DNA of 64,000 nt, from contig NW_024704742.1 in the NCBI RefSeq assembly GCF_018977255.1, positions 109,742,001 through 109,806,000 of the forward strand. Direction: 5' to 3'. Positions 1 through 12,389 of the stretch are shown here, piece after piece. This DNA comes from Callorhinchus milii (taxonomy: Eukaryota). The position numbers and the translations under genes are program-made. Position 1 is the first letter of the stretch; each line of letters starts with the position of its first letter. The notes under the pieces were generated by a model, which had not been told where the DNA came from, made no database searches, and was given only the letters and a program-made list of their open reading frames with translations.

Positions 1-144
1 GGACAGAAGTTCCCAGTTTCCAACAGATATTTCCAAAATTAATTGGCAGGTGGATCCAATTCAAGAATCCACGTTCCATTTCTCAAATACTTATGTGACC
101 TGCACGGGATGACTATAAATGAAACTGTTGCTAATAGGGCAATT

Positions 145-890
145 AATACAACAATTTGCATTTATATGGCGCCCTTCACGCTGGGTAGAGTCCCAGAGCG
201 ATTAACAGTGACGGAGTCTGACTCCAAGCCGGGGGAGAGGGAGGGAGGAGGTGACCGTAAGTACGATCAAAAAGAAGGGCTTTAGGGCGGGATTTGAAAG
301 TGGGGAGGGAAGGAACAAAGCGGAGGGATTGGGGGAAACAGTTCCATAGCTACGGGGTGTAGTGACTGAAAGTAAGGGCTCCTATGGTAGAGCGGAGGGG
401 TCGAGGGATGAACAAGAGGCCAGAGCCGGCCGAGCAGAGGCAGCAGGTGGTGGAGTGGGGGCTGAGCAAGTCGGAAAGGTAGGGAAGTGCGAGGACATGA
501 AGGGATTTGAAAACGAGAGAGAGCATCTTGAAGTCGATCTGTTTGAAAATTGTGAGCCAGTGCAGCTTGGCAAGGACTGGTGAGATGGGGGTCCGGAGTT
601 TTGTGTGGGGTAGTATCCTAACATTTGAAAAGTCAAGTTGGGAAGCGAGAAAGGTGTGAAAGGGTTTCAGCTGCTGTGGTTGTGATGAACAGATGGAGGC
701 GGGCAATGTGGCGGAAGTTGAAAAAAGGGTCCTGGCCCGGGAACACATGTGGGGGAGAAAGGAAAGCTGTGGATCAAACCTGACGCCTAAATGCACAAGG
801 GTTTGGTAAGTCTGAGGGAGATCCCGGGGAGGTTGAGGAGTTCGGACCCGCAGGAAAGAAGACGTTGACGGGAGCCAAAGAGTATGACAA
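145..890 (-). mobile_element. L2 LINE 3' fragment (second L2 family, distinct tail)
   Basis: Minus frame gives LGVRFDPQLSF and ISPVLAKLHWL...QIDFKML, typical of the L2 ORF2 C-terminus. Tail ends in ataaatgcaaattgttgt. Confidence 0.85.
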
Positions 891-1154
891 CAACAACAAG
901 AAAATTACATTTGTACAGCGCCAACATTCAGCTGCAGGAAAATAGCACTAATCCAGGCCTTGATGTCCCTAATCTGACCAAGCAACAAAATACTGTACTG
1001 TATTTCCTACCACTGAGGCTCTTTCACCATGAATGCTGAAGAGAAATGGGATGGGTAGCAACTTTCAGTAGGCAAACAGGGAAGCAATTGCTCAAGTTTG
1101 CCAAATAAGCAAAATACATGAGCATCAGAATTCTGGATAGCCACACAAAGTAGA

Positions 1155-1192
1155 TTATATTATTATTATTATCATTATTATTATTATTATTA
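1155..1192. repeat. (ATT)n microsatellite
   Basis: attattattattatcattattattattattattat. Confidence 0.9.
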
Positions 1193-1361
1193 TCAGTGTT
1201 GTGAACCTCTTAACCTTGCTGGATGACTTAAGCCTCTTTAGTCTTTAATTCCCAAAGGACCCTACACTATTTAAATAACATTATTCAGTGTTTTATACGG
1301 ATGGGAAAGAGGCGTCACACGCCATTGTGTGAAGAGTTGACTTCAATAGCATACAACAAAT

Positions 1362-3190
1362 AAATAATAATCCTTGCACTTGATATATCGCCTTATCACT
1401 TAATTGAGACATCTCAAAACACTGGACAGTCAGGGATTTGGACCCGATCAGGTGGGGTGGAGGGCAGGGAGGGTAGGGGCAGGAGGATGGCTGAATGCAC
1501 TGTAGAAGAAGAGGGTCGTGAGACGTGCTTTGAAGGAGGTAAGGGAGGGAGCAAGGCAAAGGGACTGTGGGATGGAGTTCCAAAGGGTGGGGGGGGGCAG
1601 AGAAGCTGAAGGTCCGACTACCGATGGTGAGTCGGGCCAGGAGGGGGACGTGGAGCAGGCTGGAGGATGCTGAGCGGTGGGAGTGGACAGGTTTATATGG
1701 GGTTGTCAGGTCATAGAGGTAGGAGGGGGCAAGGCCATGGAGGGCTTTGATGGTGAAGAAAAGGATTTTGAACTCAATCCTCTGAGGGATAGAGGAGCCT
1801 GTGGAGCTGAGCGAGGGTGGGGGTGATAGAGGCACAAGGCCTGGTGCAGGAGAGGGCACAAGCTGCAGAGTTCTCGATGATCTGCAGCTTGTAGAGGGAA
1901 GAGTTGGGAAGGCCGACAAGCAGGGAGCTTAGATGTGGATCATGGTTTCAGCGGCCTAAGCGCTGAGGCAGTGGTAGAGCTGGGTGATGTTGCAGAGATG
2001 GAGGAAGGCAGAGTGGGTCATGGCATGGATGTGGAGTAGAAAGGACAGTTGAGGGTCAAACAAATTCCCAATGTTCCAGACTGGCTCAGTGAGGTGGAGT
2101 GTGCATCCCTGGATGGTGATGCTACCAGTGCCTTAGGTGTGGAGGCGCTGACAGGATCCAATCAGGGCCTTGGTCTTGTTGACATTCAACTGGAGAAAGT
2201 TAGCTCTCATCCAGGACTTGATGTCTGACAGACATTGTATCAGGACAGCAATGATACCGGAGTTGAGGGTAGAGATAGAGTTGAGTGTAATACACATACA
2301 TGTGAAAGTTGACCCCACGTCTGCCAACGATTTCCCCCCAGAGGGAGCATGTAGCTATTGAAGAGGAGGGGACCATGGACAAAGCTCTGAGGAACGCTGC
2401 ACGAGACAGTGCGGGGGCTGAAGGAGAAGCCGTTTGTGGAGACAAAGTGGAGATAGTGTGAAAGGTAGGATCTGAGCTAGTTAAGAACAAAGCCAAGAAG
2501 TTTGAGGTGAGAGAAGAAGCGGTGGAGGCGGATAGAGTGGTCATTGGTATCAAAGGTGGCAGAGAGGTCAAGGAGGACGAGAAGATAGAGGGAACCCTAG
2601 TCACAATTTGACAAAATGTCATTTGTCACTTTGACCAAAGCTATTTCTGTGCTGTGGGTGGCACAGAAACCCAAATGGAGGGGTTTGTAGGAGTGGCGGG
2701 AGAGGAAGGAGTGAAGCTGGGAAACAATGACTCGTTCCAGGAAAAGCAAAGGGAGGTTGGAGATAGGGCGGTAGTTTGAGAGCAGGGATAAGTCCAGGGA
2801 ACATTTTTTGAGGATGGCGTAATGACGGCTGGTTTTAAGGGAGTGGGAACGGTGGCAGTGGAAAGGAGGGGTTGATGATGTCAGTGAATAGAGGCAAGGA
2901 GGTGGAGCTGGAAGGCAAGGAGGAGGGAAAAAGGTAGTAGGAGAAGGGGTCAAAGGTAGTGGGTTTCATATGGGTTATGATGGTGGTGATAAAGGTGGGG
3001 AGACAGGTTCTAAGATGTTGAGAGAGGGATGGGAAGAGGCTGGGGTGTGAGGGGGAGATGGGGAGGGGGTAGCAGTTGGAAGGACAGATCACCTAAATTT
3101 TGGTCTCGAGAAAGTCCAGCATCTGCTCGCAGTTGGAGTTGAGGATGGGTGAGGCCTGAGAGGGTGGACAGAGGAATCAGTTGGTGAACC
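1362..3190 (-). mobile_element. L2 LINE, about 1.8 kb, frameshifted ORF2
   Basis: SNYRPISNLP, HSTEIALVKVTNDIL, GVNFHMY, CLSDIKSWMRANFLQLN and IPQRIEFKIL occur in shifting minus frames. Confidence 0.9.
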
Positions 3191-3510
3191 CTCTCCTTTT
3201 ATATTGTCCTAACCCCTCCGCTTTCCAATGTATTGCATTGCTACTTTTTTCCTCCATTTTCAATCTTCTTCCCTTTCAATGTATCAGTAGGTTGCCCCTC
3301 CAGGACCCACATGAACCTTTTCCGCTATTTGGTTTCAGTAGCTCACCCAGGTCACAGACTTTGTTGCCAAGGCTGTCCTTACCGCCCTAAACTATATTTC
3401 GGTGCCTAGACCACAAATGCGCTTAAAGCAAAGGCATCTCACATTTCACAAAATGTCAACACATTCTGAATATCTACATTAATAACCCTAATAAAAGAGG
3501 TAATGGGTTA

Positions 3511-3650
3511 ATAGAATCATAGAATTATACAGCACAGAAGGAGGCCATTCGTCCCATCGTGTCTGTGCCAGCTCTTTGAAAAGAGCTATCCAAATCAATC
3601 CCACTTGTCCTGCAAACTTGTCCTCCCCAAATAATTATCTAAACTATCTA
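3511..3650 (-). mobile_element. CR1 LINE 3' terminal fragment
   Basis: atagaatcatagaattatacagcacagaaggaggccattc is homologous to the CR1 3' end at 52176-52260. Confidence 0.8.
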
Positions 3651-4349
3651 GCGTTAATCTAAACAAGCTGACCGTGACAGATCAAATGGTAGGGTGGGAA
3701 TTCTGGAAAGAATGAGACAAAATGGGCTAAAAGGGCTTCTTTATCTGAACCAATGTTTGTGATGTGTGTGATATAGTCCATGAAAACGAAAAATAGGCAA
3801 ATCAAGAACCTTGCTTTAATGTTGAAAGGATGATACGTTGCTGTCCTCACTTGCCAATGAACTGTACCGTCAGCATTAAGTAGAACATTTGGTGTGAGCT
3901 CTCATCAGGCAGCTATGTATCAGCAAACTAATCCCTATTGTTTACGTAGATCTGACAGCACATAATTAGTATTCTTTCAAGAGAGAGCTGCTAAAGCACA
4001 TATGCCAAGTACAAAGTCTGATTCACCATTTGATACTGATACTAAAGTATATGCAAGCAAACATGTGAGCCACAGCACAAAATGTTTATCTTGCAGCAAA
4101 AGCAACAACTGGACCAGCTAACTATCTTTACTTTTGAAAAGAGACACGATTATTAATAATATATATCAACGTTTCAGAGGGGACCTCATGGAGGTATTGG
4201 AACTGAGATGGTAAAATCACAACAATCCTTTCCAATGCATTTAGGCAGCAGAAGAGGACACAGGTTTAGGGGTGGAAAGGGAAATTTCAGGACAGACAAA
4301 TTACTTTACAAAGAATAATTAATGACTAAAATGGATAATAATATAAATA

Positions 4350-4840
4350 TTAAGAAATATTAATCATTTCATGTGGTTTAGTGCCTCATTACCTTGGTAG
4401 GACCTCTCAAAGTGCTTCACAGGATTTACTGTGAAATGGAGTGACTGTACTGTATATCTGGGAAAACACATCAGCACAACTGGGCACAGCAATGTCCCAC
4501 AAATAGCCATGAAACGAATGACCAATTTTTATTTGGGAATTGTTAGCCAGGACACTGGGATAAACTCCCTTGTCTTTTCGAATGGTATCATGGGATCTTT
4601 AATGTCCTGACGTGAAAGGCGTTATACAAATGTAATTTTGCTGTTGTTGTTGTAAACAAGCAGAAAAGAACTTGGTTTAACTTCTCATCCATCTCAGACC
4701 GCACCTCTGACAATGCAGCCCCCCAGCATTGTAGTGGATTGTTATCAGAGACTATGTGAGTTCAAAGCTCAACATGGGACCTGAACTCACAACCTTATGA
4801 TTCAGAGCCGAGAGTGCTACGACTAAGCGAAGATGACACA
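4350..4840 (-). mobile_element. Old Deu-domain SINE interrupted by a short L2 tail (about 4604-4653); sits in a decayed CR1 fragment (about 4170-4990)
   Basis: gcacagcaatgtcccacaaa, gggatctttaatg, ggtttaacttctcatcc and cacctctgacaatgcagc are the reverse complement of the 63480-63790 copy, followed by a tRNA-like head. Confidence 0.7.
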
Positions 4841-6019
4841 CAGCTTTCTGAACAGATTACCAGGAAGGGCGATTAAGACCAGGATCCTGGACTTGTTTCA
4901 AAAACAGTTTAATGCTGTTATAGGGAGACAGTAAAATGGGTATTGGGGAAGGATGAGATTAAAAGGACCTAGTAATCTTGTGACATATCAAAGGCCTTAA
5001 TAGAGGACAAAATGAATATGCAGATATATTGACAGTTTATTAGATTCCAGGTCAAATAATAAGTAATTATAATCCTCACATTTGATACAGAAGCTTTATC
5101 TTTGAAACATGTCAAAACTTGTTACTGGAAATTGATCTCTTCTGTAGTGACTATTTGTAGGCAAAAGTGACAGCCAATTTACCTTACAAGCAGCTAAACA
5201 ACATGTCACTTTAAACATGATTACAAAGTGACAGAAATAATCTTAATATTTACTGTCTTTATAATCAAACAATAAGTAATTTTTTTTAATTTAAAAAGGG
5301 TTAAGCAATGTTTACTTGGCTCCACGATTTGGGAAATTAAATCATCTCAAGCAGTCATGTCAAAGAAGACAATTCTGCTCTATACCCAAGTCAAATATTC
5401 ACAATTACCTAATTTATTTTCCCTTGAATTATAGAAATTTAAATCAGCAAAATATGTTGCGCTTTTAAATCATGATTTAAATCTGTTATATTTTTAAACT
5501 ATTAAAACAGGTAACTTGGACAATCGGTTTTTAAGAGAAGCTTTTCAGACACAAGTGCTGAACTACTAGATTTATGTTGTCTCACTTATATTCTCATTGT
5601 GGGTATTGGAGATTGCTTGACATCTGCGAAAACACATTGTTCTATATTCTATACACTGCGATATAAACTGCTCCAGATTGGTTCCTCCATATCATACCCA
5701 AACCTCATTAGCTTATTTCATACTGGGACCAATTCTGGACAAAAAACATTGTAAATTGTCAGCGGATTTGTCAGTGAACTAGCAATCTAAGATACTTCTA
5801 TGTTACATTGATCTTGAAATCAATGTGATTGTGACCTCTAACCTGAAGGTGACATTATAACGCACATGATCAGAGTTATGACACTCAGCAGAAAAAGGAA
5901 TTTTTCAAAAATTATTTTCTCAATTGAAACACCTACCACACACCAAAGTGGGGAAAGCTACAGTAAAAGCTGTGTTATTTTCCCACATTCCATGCCCACA
6001 GCCCAGAAACAGTCAAAGT

Positions 6020-6930
6020 CACTAATGACGTTCTGAACATCTGTGATCAGGGCTCCCTCTGCCTCCGTGTCCTCCTCGGCCTCTCCGCCGCCTTCGACAC
6101 TGTCGACCGCTCCATCCTCATACACCGCCTCTCCTCCTTACTCAATCTTCACGGACCTGCCCTTGCCTGGTTCGATTCCTATCTCTCTCACCGTCTCCAC
6201 TTTATTGCCTCTAACGGTTTCTCCTCCAGCCCCCACACTGTCACGTCCCACAGGGCTCTGTCCTTGGCCCTCTCTCTCCTCTTTAATATCTACATACTCC
6301 CCCTCGGTGACATCATCCGCAGACATGGAGTCAACTTCCATATGTATGCGGATGACATCCAACTCTCTTTCTGCCTCCACCCTCACCTCCAGGACCACTG
6401 CTGTCCTGACAGACTGCCTGTTGGACATCAAGTCCTGGATGAGGGCAAAGAACAACATCAACAACAACAAGATTTCATTTATAGAGCGCCTTTCACGTCG
6501 GGAGGACGTCCCAAGACAGTTGGGTCGGGAAGTTGACCCCAACTTCCTACAGTTGAATGTGAACAAGACTGAGGCCCTCCTGATTGACTCGCGCCAGTGC
6601 CTCAGCACCTCAGGCTCTGGCAGCATCAACCTCCATGGTTGCACACTGTAACTCACCGCCAGTCAGGAACCTCGGTGTCTTGTTTGACCCTCAACTGTCT
6701 TTTCTTCTCCACATCCAAGCCATGACCCGCTCTGCCTTCCCTCACCTCCATAACATCGCCCGACTCTGCCACTACCTCACCCCTCAGGCCCTGAAACTCG
6801 TTCATGGCTTCATCATCTCCAGGCCCGACTGTGCAAACGCTCTGCTTGTCGGCCTTCCCAACTCCTCCCTCCACAGACAGCAGATAATCCAGAACTCTGC
6901 AGCCCGTGTCCTCTCCCGCACCAAACCCAA
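6020..6930 (+). mobile_element. L2 LINE fragment with nested inverted L2 tail
   Basis: [29 protein letters not shown] (RT YADD motif) and RNLGVLFDPQLSF. Insert at about 6447-6539. Confidence 0.92.
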
Positions 6931-7259
6931 CGTTTCGCCTGCCCGGCGTTTGACAAGAGTGCCTTATGATGTCCTTGAGACGTTCTGCTGTCTTGATACA
7001 TTCTCAATCCCATTTAAAATTGAGTACATCTCTGAGGTGCCCTCTGACTTTTCTTCCCTCTAATCATTGCTCATTCCTCCAATCTAATCGAAACCAAATA
7101 CACTCATCAGAGCAACACAGCCATGAATCCGACAAACGCTGCCAGCATCAGGAATTAATAATACTTGCATTTGAATTGTGGTGAGTGCATTTTTTAATGT
7201 ACATTATAACCCTGGATTGGATTTACTGTATAAGGTGTTGTTGTTGTTGTTGTCTCCAC

Positions 7260-7850
7260 CCACATCCCGAGCACGTGTCTTGTTTTCAAACCTGGAGACC
7301 GTTGGGCTTCGCGCGCGCCCATTGTTCGCTTCCGACCCGTTGCCACGGAGACGGCTCCACTCACTTCCGGTTCCGCTGTATTGGGGAGGGGGGAGTGGGG
7401 GGAGTGTTACTTATTCTCCAGCTGTGTGTGTGGCGGCGGCGGCGCCGTGTGCGCTTCATCTTCATTATATAAAACCTTGTTTTGGTGCCTATCCTTTTTT
7501 TAAAAAAAAAGCAGAACGGTTGTTAAAAATATATATCAACAAAAAAAACATCATATATAGATAAAAAAGAGAGGCCGAGGGTTGTGTTGCGTTGGGGCTG
7601 TTGGCATGGTATGTGCTTTTCCTTCCAGCGGCTGCCGGTTCTCGTTGTTTGTTGTGTCGCGGCTGTTGGGTCAGACTGACAGGGGGGCGAGGAGCAGACA
7701 TGGCGACTCGCAGGGAGGAAGAGTTCGAGGCAGAAGGTCTGCCTCCTGTTTTGCTCCGCCGCGTCTGGAGACCGACAGAGAGGCGTGCGTTAAGTTACAG
7801 CCAAACAGGGCGATACGAAGGCCCGAGGCCTGAGCCCCTGACACCGAGTG
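7260..7850 (+). promoter_or_regulatory. CpG-island promoter of FAM172A
   Basis: Strongest CpG-rich unique segment in the window. CGCGCGCGC at about 7310, RFX X-box-like GTTGCCACGGAGAC 7339-7352, ETS/GABP CACTTCCGG 7362-7370, TATAAAA 7468-7474, YY1-like ACATGGCG at about 7698. Lies 3.3 kb upstream of the first coding exon. Confidence 0.8.
7475..7608 (+). other. FAM172A: putative non-coding first exon (5' boundary unknown)
   Basis: Good donor ATG|GTATGT after 7608 inside the CpG island. No transcript evidence is available. Confidence 0.35.
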
Positions 7851-9199
7851 AGATCCTCTACATCCCCCCCCATCACATCCTGCACTCCCACTCTGCCATC
7901 CATTATCCCTTCGCCCAATACATATCCCAATTCCGTGGCCACTTCTCTTATTAAAAGGAAAAAGAGTTGCAATGTCTCTGAAGTCTACCTCTCTTCTGTT
8001 TCATCTGTTCCCTCCTTCTATTGCTGCCAATTTCCTGTGAAAGGTGCCACACTTTCACTTTAAATTCCCTCCTCAGTCGTGCAGTGATCACCCTTGGGTG
8101 TCGAGATCATTTATTTTTGCGATTTTTTTTTAACAAAAAACCGCTTAGTTCCCCCACTTTTGTTCTTTCCACCTTGATTTGAGGATTGTGGATTTCGCCA
8201 GGGGAGCCTCATGTGAAGAGAATGGAAACTTACACCCGAAGGAAATCAGTTTATAGTCTGCTTCTCGTGTTTAACAGTAGTAGTTACATTTGGGGGGAAG
8301 GAAAAAAAATCTCTTCCAGTTGTAATTTGAATAATTAAAAGTTAATGCTGTGGAGGTTTTCTGTGGAAACCTTGGGTCAAAACTTTAGTCATGTGATCCA
8401 TTATACAAGTTTTAATTGCGTGAATTGTGCCTAGTTTGTGATTTCACAGTTATTCAGAGTTACTGTAACAGTATTACAGGCAATGCGTTTGGAGTGAATT
8501 CACCTAAAAGTGATATAGTGGTAGCCTCTATTTAGAGGGATGACTGCTAAACTAATTCTAATCTCTGTGACACATTTTTATTGCGATAAATTGATGTGTC
8601 TTACCTAAGATGTACGCCTCTCTAGAAGCCTCATTGCTTTAAGAAACAGCTTTTTTTGCAGCCTGCTAACAGTGAAATGTTAAACTAATTACAAAGTGTT
8701 CACGAACATATCCCAAGTTTGTGAAATTCCTAGTAATTCCCTTAACTATATCCTCTTAAATGTTTAAAATAAATAATAACAATGCATTTGATATAGAGCT
8801 TTAACACGTCTTTGAAAAGACTCAATGCGCTTCACAGAATATACTGTAAAGTGAATTGACTGTACATTTGTGGGCGAAAGAAGAACATTACGATTCAATA
8901 TATATGGTACTGTTTCCCAGAGCGACTTCACCTCGTCCTGTCGCTAACCTCTTTCAATACCTTTGACTGTGCATTCGGTCCTATTCCCACCCCCACCCCA
9001 ATTGCCCTTTACCTCTCTTGATTACAGTCCCCAGGGTGCAAACCCTTCACTGTACAGTGCCTTGGATGTCTTCCTGACATGAAATACGCTGGAAAATGCA
9101 ATTTGTTGTGTTAAAAATCAAGAACGCTGCCATACTTTAAAAATAACTTTTAACTGTTTCAGGAGTGTTTTAAATAATTGTACCAACAGCTAGATTTGC

Positions 9200-9575
9200 A
9201 GTGTGATTGCATTAGGTTGAGAGGTCACCCTTTCGTGTTGGGAGGATGTCGCAAGGCGCTGGACAGTCAGGGATTTGGACCTGAGCTGGTGGGGCTGGGG
9301 GTTGGCCGAAGGCATGGTCGCAGAGGAAGGTCTTGAGATGTGTGTTGAAGGAGCCAAGAGAGGGAGTGAGGCGAAGGGAAAGTGGGATAGAGTTCCATAG
9401 AGTGGGGACAGAAAGGCTGAAGGCCCAACCGCCGATGGTGGGACGGGCCTGGCCGGTGACATGGAGCAGACCGGAGCCCACTGGAGGAAGTGGACAGGTT
9501 GATAAAGGGTTAGCAGGTCACAGAGGTAGGAAAGGGCAAGGCCATGGAGGGCTTTAGAAGGTGAGGATGAGAATA
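9200..9575 (-). mobile_element. L2 LINE 3' fragment
   Basis: TIGGWAFSLSVPTLWNSIP...LKTFL plus the L2 tail. Confidence 0.88.
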
Positions 9576-10109
9576 CTATATCAGTGCAGGTAGTTGTTGT
9601 TTATAAACATTGTATCTTCTAGTTAGCCTAATGTTTCATTATTTTAGAATAATAATAAAGTAGTCCAGGTTATTTATAAAGTTTGCATTAGATCCATAAC
9701 CAAAACATTATTTTTGTTTCTTTGTGTGCACTATGTAAAAGCATTCTAAATGGTTGTAATGTGTTTTCTGCTGCGTTATGAAACTTTGATGCAATTATTT
9801 AACAGCAGAAGTTTTAGTTTGTGGTAATCCATAAACATATGTTTCAGATAATTTCGCAGAGCTTGCTACCTCTTGTATGTTTTATATTCTCATTGTATTT
9901 CTTCATTTTCTATTTTCCCTCTTTGAAATTTCCTTTTACTCCCATGTATGAGATGTCTTGAAGATATGATAAAGCTCTATATCAAATGCAAGGATTATTA
10001 TTGTATACACTTAAGTATCAAACTGGCTGCCAAGTTTGCCCTCATAATATATAGTCACTTTATGGTAAATCTTGTGAAGCTCTTTTTAGATACCTTCCTT
10101 CCAAGCATG

Positions 10110-10880
10110 CACACTCCACTTTACTAAACCAGTCCTGAACCTTGGCATCTTGTTTGACTCAACTATCCTTTCTACCCCACATTCGTGCCATGTCCCACTC
10201 TGCCTTCCCCCACCTCCACAAAATCACCCGGCTCTGCCACTGTCTCACACCGTAGGCCGCCGAGACCTCATACAGGCATCATAACATCCAGGCTCCACTA
10301 TGCAAACTCGTTGCTTGTCAGCCTCCCCAACTCCTCTCTCCATAGGCTCCAGATCATCCAGGCCTCTAGCCCATGCCCTCTCCTACACCAGGAGTTGGGT
10401 GAGGATGGGGGTGATGACCACATCCTCACCCTACTCCACTGGCTTCCTATCACACAGTATACAGTTCAAGATCCTGGTCCTCACCTTTGAAACCCGCCAT
10501 GGCCTTCCTTCCTGCCCCCACCCGCACCTCTGCGACCTCTAAGCCCCTATGAACCTGCCTGCACTCTCTGCTCAGCGGGCTCTGGCCTGCTTCATGTCCC
10601 CCGCCTCGCCCACCCCACCATTGGCGGGCCTTCTGCCACCCTACCCCCACCCTCTGGAACTCCATCCCGCAGTCCCTCCACCTCGCCCCCTCCCTTGCCT
10701 CCTTCAAGACCGTCTCAAGACCCTCCTCTTCGACCATGCCTTCGGTCACACTCCTCAGCTCTGCCCTGTTCTCCACCCTCCCCGATTCCAATCCCCAGCT
10801 CGGGTCTGAAACACTGATTGTCCAGCGCCTTGGGACGTCCTCTCGTGAAAGGCACTATACAAATGTAATTTTGTTGTTGT
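10110..10880 (+). mobile_element. L2 LINE 3' fragment
   Basis: SRLHYANSLLVSLPNSSLHRLQII. Tail cagcgccttgggacgtcc...gtgaaaggcactatacaaatgtaattttgttgttg. Confidence 0.9.
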
Positions 10881-11100
10881 TCCTAATGTACCAAATGGAA
10901 GGTTTATTGTTATGGTTAAATTGTAAATATTCTAGAACTGTTAGTAAACATGCTTACTGTCTTAAAGAAAAACTTTTGTATTTGCTTTCATTGCTCACAG
11001 TAATATATTGGCACATATGCCTTCGTGCTATTAATGCTCTTATTTTTTTCTTGTCCACATGAATTTAGTTTCATTTATATTGATCAAAGAGTGAAACTGG

Positions 11101-11209
11101 ATGCTTGTGCAACTGGTGATTTTTGTTTTATCAACCGTGTGGATTACAATGGCACAGAACCAGCCAGGAGGACCCGAAGAAAAGGACAAGACTTCTACTG
11201 CATTAAAAG
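11101..11209 (+). CDS. FAM172A: FAM172A first coding exon (MLVQ...TALK, ends phase 1)
   Basis: ATG 11101 preceded by in-frame TGA 11092. Encodes a hydrophobic leader plus MAQNQPGGPEEKDKTSTALK. Donor AAAG|GTAACC. Not in the ORF track in this frame. Confidence 0.9.
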
Positions 11210-12389
11210 GTAACCAGTAAATGCAGAATTCTGTTTACCAGGAGGACGAATGACATTGTCCGTGTACTTCAATTAGCCATGTAACAGTGTTTGAACTGTC
11301 AAAGATCTAAGTTGGAGTGCACAGACTTTACTTAGAGAAGATTTAAACGCCTTCCTCATTAGTCAGCTACTGTTAATCTTTACATGTTAGTCTTATTAGC
11401 CTTATTATAAATGTTGAAAAGGTCAAGAACCTGCATGCAATATTCATTTGAGAAAGTTGGTTTCTAATAAGCAGATTTGTGTTTTGTGTATGAAGCAAAC
11501 GCACTAACATTTCAAAGATAAAAATGAGGTTTATAATGTAGTGAAATAAATTACCATATGTCATACCACTTCCCTCTCAGAGAGACAAGCTTCTAATAAC
11601 CTTGAAAATAGCTTGTATGTTCTTAATTAGTGAGATCCTCTTAAGCATATCTTTGCTTCATCATACTGCCAAAGAGTCATGAGGATCTGCAGATTTCTCA
11701 AACAGCAAGTTCCTGATTTTTACTGTGTTCCAGTAGGTAGTTTGCAAAGATCAACTGCTTCCACATCTGGAGGAAAAATTAGTGGGTATCATTCTTGTGT
11801 ATTAAATTCAAGCCTTTTCCTATATGCACCATTTATTTAATTCTGAATGGAAAGGAACAGAATCAAGTATTTTTTTTCTTGGATGAATTGGTTAAATGTC
11901 TTCCTGGAGTATATCTAAAATTAAGCAAGAAAAAAATGTAATTCATCACTCAATGTTCCAAGTTAATTTAGGAGCAGTTCTCCCTCACAGGTGGAGAAAT
12001 AACAAAAAGGGAGGGGCCATGTGCATCCTGAAGGAACTTTAAATGAAAGAAAATTTTGGACTTGTCTGTGAGCTTTTCATACATGCTTGGTTGTACGATC
12101 TTGTCCCAGCATTGAAATTTTAATTCCCTTATTTGCTTTAGAATTTTAAAATAATATTGCAACCTTCTGTGATTCAGTTGTATTACTCTTAATTTCTTCA
12201 ATTAATAAAACTTTTATTTATATGGTTCCAGTCACAAAATTTGAGCTCGAATTTTATTAAATTAGATGTTTGTTACCAATGGTAGCGTGTAAGTATAATG
12301 TATATGAACACCTGGTATCTTAGCCAAAAATCTCCCAAATAAAATCGGTTATTCACTCCTTGGCTGCTTGTGGGACATTGCCCTGTGTA

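Noticed and set aside
1..7200. Exons of an upstream neighbouring gene
   Set aside because: Only repeats and AT-rich DNA were recognised. No supported exon.
7178..8063. Overlapping ORFs across the CpG island as a separate gene
   Set aside because: No recognisable protein. Open frames are expected in GC-rich promoter DNA.
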